From Raillietiella orientalis (lineage: Eukaryota), in contig JAYWIR010000014.1 of assembly GCA_036172245.1 (NCBI GenBank), positions 4,030,001 through 4,094,000 of the forward strand: a stretch of 64,000 bases of DNA, in the 5' to 3' direction. A program made the position numbers and the translations under genes. The notes beneath the pieces were generated by a model, which did not search any database, was not told the origin of the DNA, and saw only the letters and a program-made list of their open reading frames with translations. This document shows, piece after piece, positions 35,650 to 48,149 of the stretch (positions are counted from its first letter, which is position 1; each line of letters starts with the position of its first letter).

Positions 35650-37600
35650 CGCATCTACAGCTTACCCGGAGGATGCCACAGCGCACTCCAAGACACACGG
35701 GGGAGCGAGAAGAGTTGGTCATAAGGGGCACCAGAAGTGGGAGAGAGCAGGGGCAGTAACGGAAGCGGTTCGCGTCTGGCCTCCAGTCGCCTAAGAGCAA
35801 ATGGTGCGACCAGCCGGAGATGCGGGAGAAGAAGCGATCTTCAAGACCGACGACGCGACCCCCAGGTTTCTACACACCTAGCAAATGATGGAGAGCCGAA
35901 GGCACGTCTCTCAGGAGCAGGTCCCATTCGACCGTTTACAAATGACCGGGAGATTATCCAGAGTTCCATTCTGCTCCTCGCAGACCGTCACACCAGGACA
36001 ACATGCTTTTCAACCCCGTTGGCGACGCCCTCTGGTTTTGGCGCACCTGCCGTTTCCGCGAGGCGTTTCCTCCCTAGCAACGGGCAGCACATCATCCCGC
36101 TGCGAGCAATGGGCGCGCGCGGTAACGAAGAGAGGCGACCGACGAATCAGCAGACCGTTGCAGATTTTGACCGTTGTGCCACCGCAGCGATTCCTCTCCG
36201 GGTAGCCGAGGTGCAAGCACGCGGCCGCTCGGACCCCACGCATGGGGCGAGAGAAAGAAGGGACCCGCTGCGGCTTGACGGGACGCGTCGGGAGATGCGG
36301 ATCTGAGCACGTCGCCCCTCTGCCGCGCTCGCGATGCCGACCCCGAAGCGCCAGTGTTGAATCCGGGACCAAGCCGGCAAGGAACCCTTCCACTGCCTTA
36401 ATGGCGCCTCCTTCTCAGCGAGGGACAGCTGTTTATGCCTGCGGCGGTGCTGCCCAACACTGCGCCGTCCTAGTCTCTTCGGAACCGCCACAACCAGATT
36501 ACTGGATGTTCGCCTGAAGAACCTCCTGCCAAGCACACGCTGCAGCGCACGCACGTTGTTATGCGATCCTCAGTGGTCCTTTGGAATCTCTAGCAGTCTG
36601 TGGTCGTCTGGATCATGCTACGACTTCTTCTCGGAGTCAAACTGCTTCCCATTTCTCGCCAGCAGCTTTGTCGAAGGGGCAGAAAACTCATGTCGTAGCG
36701 AGCCAAGAACGCAGCTTCCTCAGCTTCGCTTGCCTGATCGAGCATTGGTCTGTTGAACCTTTGCGCGCGTCCCCGTGATCACCAGGTTTCATCCCCAAGG
36801 CATCCAGGGACCTCGGAAGGAGAAACGGCAAATCGAAGGCTCCATCCCCAACGCTCCTCCGAGCAGGTCAGAGCTCTTTCAGAGCCACTCTCTTCGAGTC
36901 GCAGCTTCGTTTCCTGGAGCATCTTTTTGCGGGTTCTTCCCAGCATGCTGCTATTCAGCTCAGTCATCCGTCAGAAATCGTTCCAGGGGGAGATGTCCAC
37001 ATGAGCGTTGCATGGGTGCTCTTCATCCCCTGAGTCGGATTCGGACTTCTGTCCCGAACAGAAGGGCGCTGCCATCACAACACGGGCAGCCCCTATCTGC
37101 AAAGCTGGCCATATTTTTTTTTTCCTCTTGACCTTTTGTGCTTAACACCCACTCTGTGGCACATAATAGCTATAGAGGCGGACCACGTGGCATTCCACTG
37201 CACAAGACGTGCCTTTCGACTGAGGTTCCGGAAGGCGGTGGCTCGAGCCAAAGAGCTGAGGCTTTGCTCAGAAGGCCAAGAAGGCGACCTTGAAAGGACG
37301 CATCCTCGCTCGCTGCTCAAATATTGCACCAGAAAAGAGCGATCCTGAGAGAACAAGGTCCTGCGATGTTCCAGCAAATCCAGGCAGAAAACTCTGCTCC
37401 GTCGTACAAAAAGAGAAAACAAGAGAGGAATAAAGAAAGGTGCTGGCGTGGTGGGTCCACAACATTAAAGAACGTGCACTCGTTTCGCCTTCTCTCCGAA
37501 CAGAGTCCTCGGATACCGAATGACTCTTGTGAAATGGAAGTGTGGTGCGACGCCACGCAACCCACCTCGCGGTACGAGCACTGAACTTCCCGCTGTAGGA
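35650..37600 (+). mobile_element. Decayed RLE-type non-LTR retrotransposon (Utopia-like), RT plus thumb
   Basis: RDPQVSTHL (35854), RPFT..EI, TPG..W, PSQRG...GGAAQHCAVL (36410, like SPxQKGF..G..EH..L), LLDV, RIRTSVPNRRALP (~37040) and IEADHVAF...AFRL (~37172-37222), all in the expected order. Confidence 0.55.
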
Positions 37601-37949
37601 CGTGGGTCCAGTTCACATGATCCCCACAGACCCCCCCCCCCACACACACACGCACAGCTAGTATGCAGCAGCCACTAACAGTTCGCGCTCTGGCCGCAAG
37701 CGGCGGCATCCAGAGGCCATCCTTAAGGGTTAAGCATCCCTCAGCCTTCCCTGCGGCTATTCCCGATCGCGCGGCGCAACGTCTGATGCTGTGGCTGTCA
37801 CTTTGGGCAATTGTCTATCGGTAAAGAGCAGCTGGCTTTTCGTCCCGAAGAGAACGATGTTTCGAGGGTCCAGAGGACAGGCCGCCGATGAAGATCGTCG
37901 TTCGTGTTTTTTTTTTTTGCCTGGAGCTCTGATGGCGGCTGGCTGCAGG

Positions 37950-38550
37950 CGCCACTTCTTTCCTCCTTTAAGATTTCCACACTGCGCACCCACTTCAGAG
38001 CTGCACCCTGTTGGTGGAAACGCCCCCGACGTCTGTCCAGACAACCCTTCAGCAGGGTGTCTCCCTTGATTTTTGAGGCTTTCTCGAAGGAACCTTCCTT
38101 CTTACTGAATTCTACGGTTCCCTTCCTCCCCTCCCTCCACTCTCATGGATCGAATCCCCGCCTCATCGTCATCTCAAAGAGGGCAGCGGGTGGTTCTTGT
38201 CCGATCGCCCCTTTCCCTCGCGTTAGACCTTTGCCGTTCTCCGAGGTCCCTCCGCCCTCTCTCTGCTTCCGCTTCAGTGGACCGAAGTGCCGCGCAAATG
38301 GTGTCCTTGGTTCGGGTTTGTGCCTGGGGAAGGTCCCACGGAAGCCTTCTCTTTCGCCTGGGGGCCAGTGTCGTTCCACCTGCCTCCAGGTGCCCGGTGG
38401 AAGACCGACACCCGGATGGGCAGTGCCTCTACTTTCGGGCTGCGGCCTTTCCGAGCGTGCGGAGCGTAGGAGCGCCTCACTCGCACAGCTGCCTCTCCTC
38501 CCGCTCATCCAGGAGCTGAGGCGTTCCCGTTTCCTCCAGCTCTCTCTCCC
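37950..38550 (+). mobile_element. Decayed non-LTR reverse transcriptase fragment (domains 0-3)
   Basis: GNAPD, LIVISK...CPIAP...FSEV...ANGVL and YFRAAAFPSV across frames. Confidence 0.38.
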
Positions 38551-39767
38551 ATCGAAAGGATTTTCCGGCTTGGGGACGAAAGGGCCGCGCACTCCTCCCC
38601 CTTCCTCCCCGCGTTCCGCGGAACCTCCCAGCCGTTCCGCCACATCGGTCGCATGCTCTCCCGGCCTGCATGTTTGTTACAACATCTGCATCCTCTCCGT
38701 TGGTTACCAGGGGAAGGAGGAGGGGAAGGAAAAGAGCAACACACACAAAAAAAGAGGCTTACTGGTGGTCCGTTCCGCGTTGCAGCGGGCCTCTCCGGAT
38801 TGGCCGTGCGTATGTGCCGAAGACTGGCGAAGCGGAGGCACGAATTTGGGGAGCGTGGATTTCGAGCAGCATCCAAGAGAGCGAACGCGGCGGGAGGGTT
38901 GCCCCAACTGGGAGAGTGCGGCGAGGAGGAAGGCGCGTGCCAGGAACCGAACGGCAGAGTAACCGGAGAATGGAGGCACGTAGATGCGAACTCTGGGTGG
39001 AGCGGGCGGCGGCCGAGCGATCGGGCGGCAGCGGAAGCTGCGGCCACCCTTGCAGGAACCCCGCTAGTCCCTCCCTCCCTTTCCCAATTTCCCTTAGCCC
39101 AAGGCAGAGGGAGACCTTCCCGGACGCTGCTGCCGCCGCAGCAGTCGGGAAGAACTGCGTAAAAGATAAACGACGAAGGGGGTGGGGAGCAGGGAGGGTG
39201 TGGACACTCAGGACGAAAAAAAAAAACAAAAAACATCCTGGGGCGCGCAAGAAACGAAGGGCGAGGAACTCCGATGGACTGCCGCCGCCGCTGCCGCTTC
39301 GGGCTGGCAAGTGAGTGGAAGTGGGCTGAAGGGCTGCTCGCGTCCTGCAGGTTCCGTTGGTGCAGCACGAGCAGCACGTCAGTTCGTGACGTCCCTCGCC
39401 ATCATCCCGGGATCCACGGACTCCCGAGGTCCGGGTTCCGGCGAGTCTTCCCGCTGCCGCTCACGCCTCCCCCTCCATAGCGCGGCTGCTCTTAAGAAGA
39501 GAAGAGAATGCGAATACGTTTAGGTTTCCCGGCTCTCCCCTTCTGGGCGCAGGACAATGCCGAGCGGGCCTCGCCCAGCGTTCCGGTCTTCTGCGCGCAT
39601 TTCCGCTTTCCTCTGGCTCTCGCCGCAGACCGGATGCCTGCATAGGGAACGCGTCCTGTCGGGGTGATGATGCTTCGGGCGTCCAGGTCTGCACTTGGCG
39701 CTCTCCCTCTCTCTCGCGCGCGCACGCCGTTCCTGCTGTTCCCGGCGAATTCCTCTGCGTCACGGAT

Positions 39768-39793
39768 GCGGCGGCGGCGGCGGCGGCGGCGGC
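39768..39793 (+). repeat. (GCG)8 trinucleotide microsatellite
   Basis: Direct reading; lies in the very GC/CpG-rich region upstream of the first coding exon. Confidence 0.9.
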
Positions 39794-41449
39794 ACTCGTA
39801 GTGGGGGATCTCTGCGCGGGTCTCCCCACTTCAAGGTCGCGGGGAAAGGGGGGGAGGGAAGGGGATAGGCAAAAAAGCGAGAACGCGCGAGCGCTGGAGG
39901 TTCCTGGCTCTCCTCAGGACTGCTTCCGGTTCCGGTTCGCGCCAGTTTCGGAGAGATCGCTTTCTCCCGGCTTCGCGGGACCGACCGCCCTGCCTCCTCA
40001 GCTCTCTCGAAACGTTATCTCGGCTGTTCCATCTGTTGGCACCCTCTCTGGCTCCCCCGAAGCGGCGCACCTTCCCTCGAGTTTTCCTCCCGGCGCGCGT
40101 GTTTTTCTTGCGTGTAAAAAAAGAAGCCGAAAAAAGGAAAAAAAATAGAAAAAGCTAAAGAAAGGCACTCAGCTCCCCATTGGCTGCTCCGCTTTCCGAG
40201 CAAACATCTCGGAAGCTGCACGCATATCTCAGCAGTGAGGAAGAAGAAACGGCGTCCTCTCGAAGATCGGCTACGCGCACCACGGGAAGGCCGCCGCGAC
40301 TCCTTCGTTCCAGTTTGCTCCCCTCCCCTGAAGCTTTTTTTTTGTTTGCGGAGTCTGAGAGAGACGTTGCATCCCACCCGTGCGTCAGTCGACCCCGTCC
40401 TGTGGACTTCTTCGAGAGACTTTGTCCTCTCCTTCCCTTCGCGAAAGTCGCCGCCTCCGGATCGCAGGGGAGGGGGGGGGAAGGAGGGGAGGAGGCGAGG
40501 CCTTTTCCGTCGGGTGAATACCGTCTCGAGGTCTCCCTCTGCTGGGAGATGTTGGAGGAGGCTGCATCTCACGAGGAAACAGTGGAGACAACGAAACGGG
40601 GGAGGGGGAAAGCGAAACGTTTCGGCTCCTCTCGCTACTCTCGGTAGCGGACGGGAGATTCTCACCGGAGCAGAAGGACTCCTCTTCCTCCTCCTCCCTT
40701 CCTCTTTCTCTCCCTTCTTCCTCTTCCTCCACCTCTCACCTTTCACGTCTCCCTCCCTTTTTCCGCTTCTTCCTCCCCCGCAGCAGTTCCTTCGCATCAG
40801 CCGGGTGGTAGCCAGCACCCGCGGTGCGCGTCGGAGAGCTACCGGGGCACGTTCCGTCGCGGCGCTGTCCAGCTCCGGGGACTAAGCACGCGCCGGGCGG
40901 AGCCACTGACCCCGGAGGACCCCTTCGTCCTCTCTTCGGAGGCAGCCCTCCTGTCCGGGAGCACCTCGCAGATCGCACCACTCGAAGGCTGGGGAAAAGA
41001 GGCGAACAAGGCAGTGGTGGCCTCGGTTCCTCCGTGGAATTCCTGGAGCTCTGCGTTGCTCAGCGTCATCACCTGCCCTCGGTGCTCTCAGCACGGATCC
41101 AGAGGCGTGGCGAACGGCGTGCCAAGGAAGGACCTGTGGTACCCCACGCATCCTCATGAGTGGGTTCGCCCGCTAAAGGGTATATCGGAAAGGATCGTTC
41201 CCTGCGTTCGTCTCTTAGCCGCAGAAAGCGTCCGGGCGGGCTCTTCCGAGCTCTCTGACGAGCGATCCGAGGGCCGATGGGAGGGGAAACGTCTCGGGAG
41301 TGTCGAAGCGCGTGGGACGCCCTGGGGGAAGGACGGTTCGCTATGGACACAAAGGCACCGCCACGGTCTCTTCTTTCCGGGAGGCGGGTTTCGCCCGCGA
41401 TCAGGACAAAGGGTGCGCTGGGAATCCTCTGCGACCGGGAGGCACGCTC

Positions 41450-41900
41450 TCTCGGCGTGCATCGGGCCTCTCTGATGCCGCTCGCGCGAAAGGCTCCACG
41501 GCAGCCTCTGGATCCCCGGCCATTCCGGATCCCTCCAGGAGTCCGCAGCTCTGCCCTCCTGTTGATCCCGGTGGCCTCTGCGTCCCCTCCACCCCAAGCA
41601 TCCTTCTCCCCCAACCAGCAAGGCGCCGGTCTGCGGTCCCGGAAAGCCTCGGCTGTACCCCTTTGCTCCCGTTCCGGAAAGTGGGTAAGGCACGTTCGTA
41701 ACGTGATCAATTCATCTGCTCCAATTAACGGAGCTGCCCTGCAACACTTCCGCATGGCTATTTTTAGCGATGTCGTGCGGTCTTTTTCCTCCCCACCGTT
41801 CGATGCCAGCACTCTGAGTGAGGAGCGGGAGATGCGGATGCGCGAAGGAGACAGCCTCCTCCGCAGGAGCGCGGACGCATCGGAATCCGTGCGCGAATCG
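41450..41900 (+). mobile_element. Decayed non-LTR reverse transcriptase fragment (domains 1-4, internally deleted)
   Basis: One frame (ORF 41277-41930) contains RIPPGVRSSALLLIP, SFSPNQQG, MAIFSDVVRSFSS (motif A-like) and MREGDSLL (like VRQGDPLS). Confidence 0.5.
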
Positions 41901-42649
41901 GTTGGAGTCGACACTCCTCGCTCGGGGTGACGACCCGACGCCGGAGGCGCTCTGGCCACTCTCGGACCCAGCGGAAGCGATCGGGCGGGGACGCAGTCGG
42001 TGAACTCTGCCGGTCGCTCTCTCGCACGTGCTCTCCTCCCCCCCTCTCCTCTCCTCCCTTCCTCCCTCCCTCGCGCGCGCGCTTTCCGTCGCCTTCGGGA
42101 CGGAAGCGGCTTCCGTTTCCACCCGACCCGCGACGGTCGCTCCTCCGGATCTTCCGGAAAGAGCTCACGCTACGACGAACCGCCCCGCTCGAACCCGGGG
42201 AAAAGTAGTCCAGCGTGCCATCCTGGGATTGAATCCGCGACACCAGCTATTCTCGCCTGCGGCGCTCCACTCCCCGCTCGGAGCTGCCGAAGATGGACGA
42301 GGACCACCCTCGTCACCAGCAGCGGCGGCGGCAAAAGCCGCGTCTTCCACCTCCGCCGCCGCAGCGGCGCCTGGAGCTTCCTCGTGGACCTGCGACCCTT
42401 CCCTTAGGCACTGCTCTCAGGAATGCCTCGACGGAGGGAGGTGCCCTCGCACTGCGGAGGCGGGCGAGCAGGCTCAGCCGAATCGGAGGGGTCGCGAAGC
42501 AGCTGACCCGTCGCGGGAAGCGCGACGGGAGAGCCCGGAGGATCCGATCAACGATGGGGAAGGGGAGCTGACCTCAGGGAGAAGGGAGCCGCAGAGACGC
42601 GCATCGCCCACGGCAGAGAGCATTATAGATACAGATTACCGACCGATAC

Positions 42650-43700
42650 AGAAGGGGAGGCGCCGACGTTGGCGGTGGACACGCCTCCTGACCTACGTCA
42701 ATGGAAGATTCCTCAACGCGCGGTGCTGAGACGCTTCTGCTGGTGCTTGCAGAGGTCCTCTCTTGGCTGGAAGGTCCTCATACTCTCCACGGGTACCGAC
42801 GCGGGGCAAGCGGAGGTACCCGTGCATGCTGGCCTCAGGACATCAGCGGCTCTTTTGGATTCGGAGATTCCCGCTGATTTTGCCTCTCCCCATCCTCACT
42901 CACTCCGCGAGGACCTCTGGGGACGACCCCTGCCACTTCAAGCGGCTGCGGGACAAGTTCCTTCCCCCTGCTGAACAAGGCGCGATTCCAGGATCGGCAG
43001 TCCTCGTGCTACACCGCTCCCGCGGACTGGGGGACAGCTCCAGCCTGATCCTCCGGTGTGATCAGCCCACCCCGAGGCTCCTGACCTTCTGACCACCCCG
43101 CCACTCGCACCTCCGGCAATCTAGAGAGAGAATGATATGCGGAATCGAAATTCCGGAGTTCCCTTCGTGGAGGCGGGTGGGAAAGCGATCGGTGCTCCAG
43201 AAGAGCCTCCGGCGTCCGGGAGGGAACAGGAAGGGAACGAGGAGGAGATAGGACGGATCCTCCCAGCCTCAGGAACCTCACATCGGACACCAGGGAGCGT
43301 TCTGTTTGGATTCCTACGAGTCTCGAGATGGGCAGCAAGTGGGAAGTGCCCGACTTCCGGGGTCGGTGATGGACCACCAGGTCAGAAAGTCCCACCCGCC
43401 GCTACCCCGGTCAGTTGAATCTGCTGCGGAGGATGCTTCTGGGGTTCCTCCATGCTCGCGGGCGCTATCTCGGTCACTAGCTCCAGATCTCACGGCGATG
43501 CCGCGAGCTCTCGCTCACCCCCAAGGGAGGTCAGACGGACCCTTTCCCCTCATCCTCTCTAGTCTCCAGCACCTTGAACAGGGACCAGCAGAACGTGCCG
43601 CTGCCTGCTTTCTCAGGGAGTCTGGACGAGGGTCTGATCCCAGTCTGTGCTCTCCCGTGGGTGTCATCCAGGGAGGCCTGATCGGCCGCTCCCAGTGACC
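42650..43700 (+). mobile_element. Decayed P-element/THAP9-type transposase
   Basis: LGWKVLILSTGTDAG, PHPH...DDPCHFKRLRDKFL (like D.PH..K..RN..L), NLERE/ERMIC and LEQGPAE...LRESGRGSDP (like LNQDPLE..F..IR..GG.N.P), in order. Confidence 0.55.
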
Positions 43701-44499
43701 CGAGAGCGCGCGGGTGCATGCGGAAGCCTGCAGGGTGACCTGGCCAGCAGCGGTGGCTCTTCGCCACGGGCCGCCTGACTCATCCAGTTCGGTAGAGGGT
43801 AGGGAAGGGAAGTGAGGAGGAAGGCACCTCCCTTCCTTCTCAAAGGAACCTGAGGAATGGCTTGTCGAGTTTCGTTGGAGGCGCCGGCGGCATCTTGCGG
43901 TTCTTCGGCACCGCCTGCCTCGAGCCGCCCGTTTTCGTGCCCCCTGAGCCGTCCATCCGCCCTCGAGCGAGCCTGAAGGGAGGAGCGAAGGATGTGGAGC
44001 AAACCTGACGAGGTAGCGCGGCGGCTCATCGGCAGAGGTGCCAGGGAAGCCGGGCGCGTGTCTCGCCCGCGAGACGATGGCGGCACAAAGGCAGAAGCCG
44101 AGGGGCGCGTGCCCGCGCTCAGAGGAGAGTCACGTCTCGGCTGGCACTGAGTCAACCGAGACGTTGCACCCGGCATCCTCAGCAATCGCCTGCTGGTTCT
44201 CCCCCCTTCCCTTTCTTCGCGTCCGTCCGCCTCCCTCTCGCCCTCCTGCCGAAGAAATAGCCTCTCTCCCTGTCCACGCGGGAGAAAGGAACCGCCTCCT
44301 CCCGCCTCCGGTCGGCTCAAGGCGGCCGAGGGCCGACCCGTCCGAACCCTCTGCGGTCATCTCCGCAAGTCAAGCAGGGCGGAGCCAGCCGCTTCCGGTC
44401 GTCTCAGTCGTGGGGCGGAACAATGACTCGCGACCTGTGGGAGACACAGGGGGACAAGAGGTGCTCCCGGGCAAACTCTGGTGCCGTGCGTCCCATCAC

Positions 44500-45700
44500 T
44501 CGTGCATCCATCCACGCGGTCCTTTCTTCGTGCCCTCCCCCCCTAAGGATAACGGGGACCCTTCCATTCCCTCTCGTTTCGCCGGATGCTCGCGTCCTCC
44601 GCCGGCTATTTCGCCCAACAAGAAACGCCATGTCGTCTCCATTTCCAAGGGAACGGCAGCCGCAGTAGCAGCTGAAAAACGTCAGCGAGCACGCGGACGT
44701 TTGACCACCACATCCGCCGTCCCGAGGACGAGCGGCGCTCGCCTGTGCACCAGGTGGTTGACCTGCAGCATTCTCCCCTCCCTCAGCCCTCAGAGTGGCA
44801 TCCGTCCGGTCAGCCAGGAGGGCCGGTCGGTGCGCGGAGATAGACAAGCCTGATCCCACTTCCAGAGTGGAGCACGCCAGTACTGTTCCGGTCTCTGAGA
44901 CCCAGGAAAAAGGGGGAGAGAGAAGATGGAGGGAGTCGGGGCAGCACGCGGCGGTGGCGTCTCCGAAAAGCTGCGGAAGATCCATCTGGTCAGTGGGACG
45001 ATGCTCCAGTTGGTGACCCCGAGCTTCGTTGGATCCCGCGCGGCAACCAGGGTGGAGAGCCAGAGGTCCTACGGGAACCGAGGTGGCCGGGGACCTCGCG
45101 CAGACAGGGTCAGGGGCTGTCGGAAGCGCCCTCTTGCCAACGCCGACCTCGTTGCGGCCCCATCGGTGGAACCTTCCTGCGGCCCCTCTCTCTCCTGTCG
45201 TCATGGGTGGTATCGTGGGAGGAGGGTCGTCATGATTCTGGACCGGGTCTTCCGTTCCATTTGGACACGGCGGCGATTATGGGGAGGGGATGAGGCAAGG
45301 CGTGGCCTCAGGAAAGAGGGGAGCCTCGTTCCTCCGCAGAGGTCGCTACTGCGCGCGCGCACGTCGGGCCGTCCCCGAAACACCCCAAGAAACTCTTCGG
45401 CGACGCGGACCAACCTCCCTCTTTCCTGGACTCGGGATCGATGCCGCTGCGGGGATCAAAACACGATGCCTGTCCTCCCTATCCCCTTCTCGCTTGCCAG
45501 CCATACGCGACCCTAATCGCCTCCGGCGGGTGCGCTCTCCTCCTCCCTACCCCTCCGGCTCCCCTCTGCCCTTCTGCCTTCACCTCTATAGCTATTTTTA
45601 GATCGGTGCTATTTCCCCGAAAGCGACAGGGCTGCCGCTTCCTCCCGCTGAGAACGCTTCCGTCGCGGTCGGCCTGCCTGCGTCCCCCTCCACCCGGGAG
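44500..45700 (-). mobile_element. Decayed non-LTR reverse transcriptase fragment (domains 1-5)
   Basis: QASCFDPRSG, ARSSDLC...SSPPH...LLPRY, EVGVGKRALP (motif B-like) and QLFGDA (like LFADD), in order on the - strand. Confidence 0.45.
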
Positions 45701-48149
45701 AGAGCGCGCCCGCCCGCCGGGACCGCTAGGAGGAGGAGCAGGATGGCTCGCCCGCGCGCTCGCTTTTGCGCCCATGCCCGGCCGGAATGTCCCTCCCCCA
45801 ACTTCCTCGCTGCCTTCCGCTCTCTTGTGCGCAGAAGAGGATCTTGAGGCGGCCGCCCACGCCTGCGCCTGTCTCTCCGTCTGCACCTGCGCGCGCGAGG
45901 ACCATCCGCGAGGTTCCCCATCCCTTTTGCCCCTGTGCCACGGTGGCCCTCCTCTTCGCACGGACCACGAGGAAGAGGACCACCGCTTCCCTCCGCGGAC
46001 CCTCAGTGGGCGGTGAGTAACGGGGGCTGGCTGCTGCTGCTGCGCCCATGCCGCCATCCTACCTGCTCCTGCACCGCGAGGCAGACGTCACTCCGTTCGC
46101 GGCGGCTTCCGGGGCGACGTTGCCGGCCTCACATGCTGGAGGATCACTGGCGGCGGCGGCGGCAGCAGCGCGTCTTCCCTCTCCCGCTCCGGGAAAGCTG
46201 CCAAGCCTCCCGGACGACGCGCGCGGGACGATCCAGGAGGGCGGTCCGCGCGCGTATTTCGGGCCCGGTGGCGAAGGGGGGCCGCGGAGGAGGAGTGGGG
46301 ACGAAGCCGCGACTCTCCCTCTTCGTCGTCCTCAGCAATTCCGCCGTCAGCCGGGAAAGGGGAGGGGGAAGCAGACCGGAAAGGGAGGGTCGGGGTCGGA
46401 GAGCGCCTGAGGGTCTGGCAGGGGGCGCGCCGAGGTGAGCTCAGGAGCTGGACTGCAAGGAGAGGAGGGTACGCGAAGCGCAAGGGTCGAGCGAGGTCCC
46501 GTGGGGGCGCGAGGTGCAGGCGGCTGGTGCGCCCACATGTGCCCTCGAAGGGCGTGCTCCGCACTCTTCGCGCATGTTGCCCTGCCGAAACTGCGGGACT
46601 TCCTCCGCGGAGGGCGAGCCCCTTCCTACCTGCCCCTCCCCCCATCCTTGTTTCCATCCCAGCAGCATCGCCCGCTCCCCCTCCTCTAGGCTTGACCCAT
46701 CCCCCGTGGGTAGAAGCGGGAATTGTGGGCTATGCTATACGCTCTCGCGGATAGGGTGGCTCGAGCAGGCAGGAAGGTGGGAGCGGAGGAGGAGGCGGAG
46801 CAACTTGCCTCGCTCACTGCCTGGTCTCGGACTAGCCAAGGTGATCTCACGGGATAAAATGGTCCGGCCCGTGCCCCCGAGCTCAGTAGAGTCCGGTGGG
46901 GGGGATTGGTCGCGGCCCTGGGAGAACCGGTGGGCTCGCCGTAGGTCGTCTTCTCCGGAGGCTACCGCCACCACCACCTCAGGAACGTCGGAGCGTGCTG
47001 ATCCCGCGCGCTCCTTTGACCTCGTCGTCACCTGCGCGGCACCTGTGCGGTCTCTGACATTCGTGAGGAGGCTCTCCTGCTGCAAAAAGGGTCCGCTCCC
47101 TTCTCCTCCGCCAACTTGCCCGGTTCCCTTCCTGACCTTCCCCAGGAAACTACGAAACCCCAGGCTCGCTGTCGTCTTCGCGCCGCTAGGGGGGGTGGCA
47201 GCAGCAATCGCCTCATTCATCGCTTCCGCTCCGGTCGCTCCCTGATCTCTGCACCTTGGCCAGGGCGTTGGTCGGTGGAATCGTCCCTATCTTTTCCAAG
47301 GCAACTCCTCCGGGCGCTCGCCCTCCGTGGCGAGAATCCCGAAAGCAGTGGTAGTTTATCCCCGCGGGCAGCAGTGAGCCCACGTTTGGGTAAGTCCTCC
47401 CGTTCCCTCCCCCTCTTCCTACGAGCTGAGCCGAGTGCTCAAGGAGGCACTACCACCTCCTGCTCGTCTGCGTCGGTGAGAGCGAGAGCGGACGGCAACG
47501 GCAAGGATGAACGGCGGTGGTCGTGGCGATGAACGACGCTAAAGAGGACGAGGAATGGACGACGAAGACGGTGAACTTGCGGCGCCGCTCTGGACGTCCG
47601 CGCGCACCTGAACGCGTCTTGGCCCCGGACGGCGACATTCGTTGCAACTGTTTGGTGGTTTTCGGCTTAAGGGGACTCCGCTCTCGCACCGCACGTGCCC
47701 TCCCGAGCGAGGAAGCCCACGCGCTTCTCGCCGACGCGCAGGTGTCCTCTCTCCTTCCTCCGCATGAGCGGGAAGAGCGAAGCAGCCGAGGAGAAGGAAA
47801 ACCCGTCGTCACTCCAGCGCCAGGAGGAGGCGGTGCACGTTCCGTAACAGGAAGGAAACTCACTAACGCGTTTCCTTCCTGCCGTCCTGGAATCCGAATG
47901 CGCGTAAGTGGGCGCGGCTTCTTCCGGAAGGGAAGGCAAGGGCGCCGGAGCTCTTTGTGAGGAGTCCCCTCCCCAGAGTCTCCAAGACCGCCCATCTGTA
48001 GGACCACACCGGCGCCCATTCCAGAGTGGGCGAGGGAAAGCGAGGGAGACTACGAGTGGCAGCTTCCTAAAGGGGGAGCGTGAGCGCGCCTGGCTCGAAC
48101 GGCGGTCATCGCTGCTGGCAGCCCTGACTTCAGTAGGGTGAGCGAAGTG

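Noticed and set aside
41170..41187. GCTAAAGGGTATATC as a U2-like junction upstream of the 41.4-kb RT fragment
   Set aside because: Too short and mismatched to distinguish from chance.
613..47245. Numerous long ORFs (e.g. 613-1722, 2674-3807, 6165-7202, 7169-8158, 16124-17110, 37904-38962) as independent genes
   Set aside because: They overlap in several frames, are Arg/Gly/Pro/Ser-rich as expected from stop-codon scarcity in high-GC DNA, lack coherent domains, and are often antisense to real exons or run through TE fossils.
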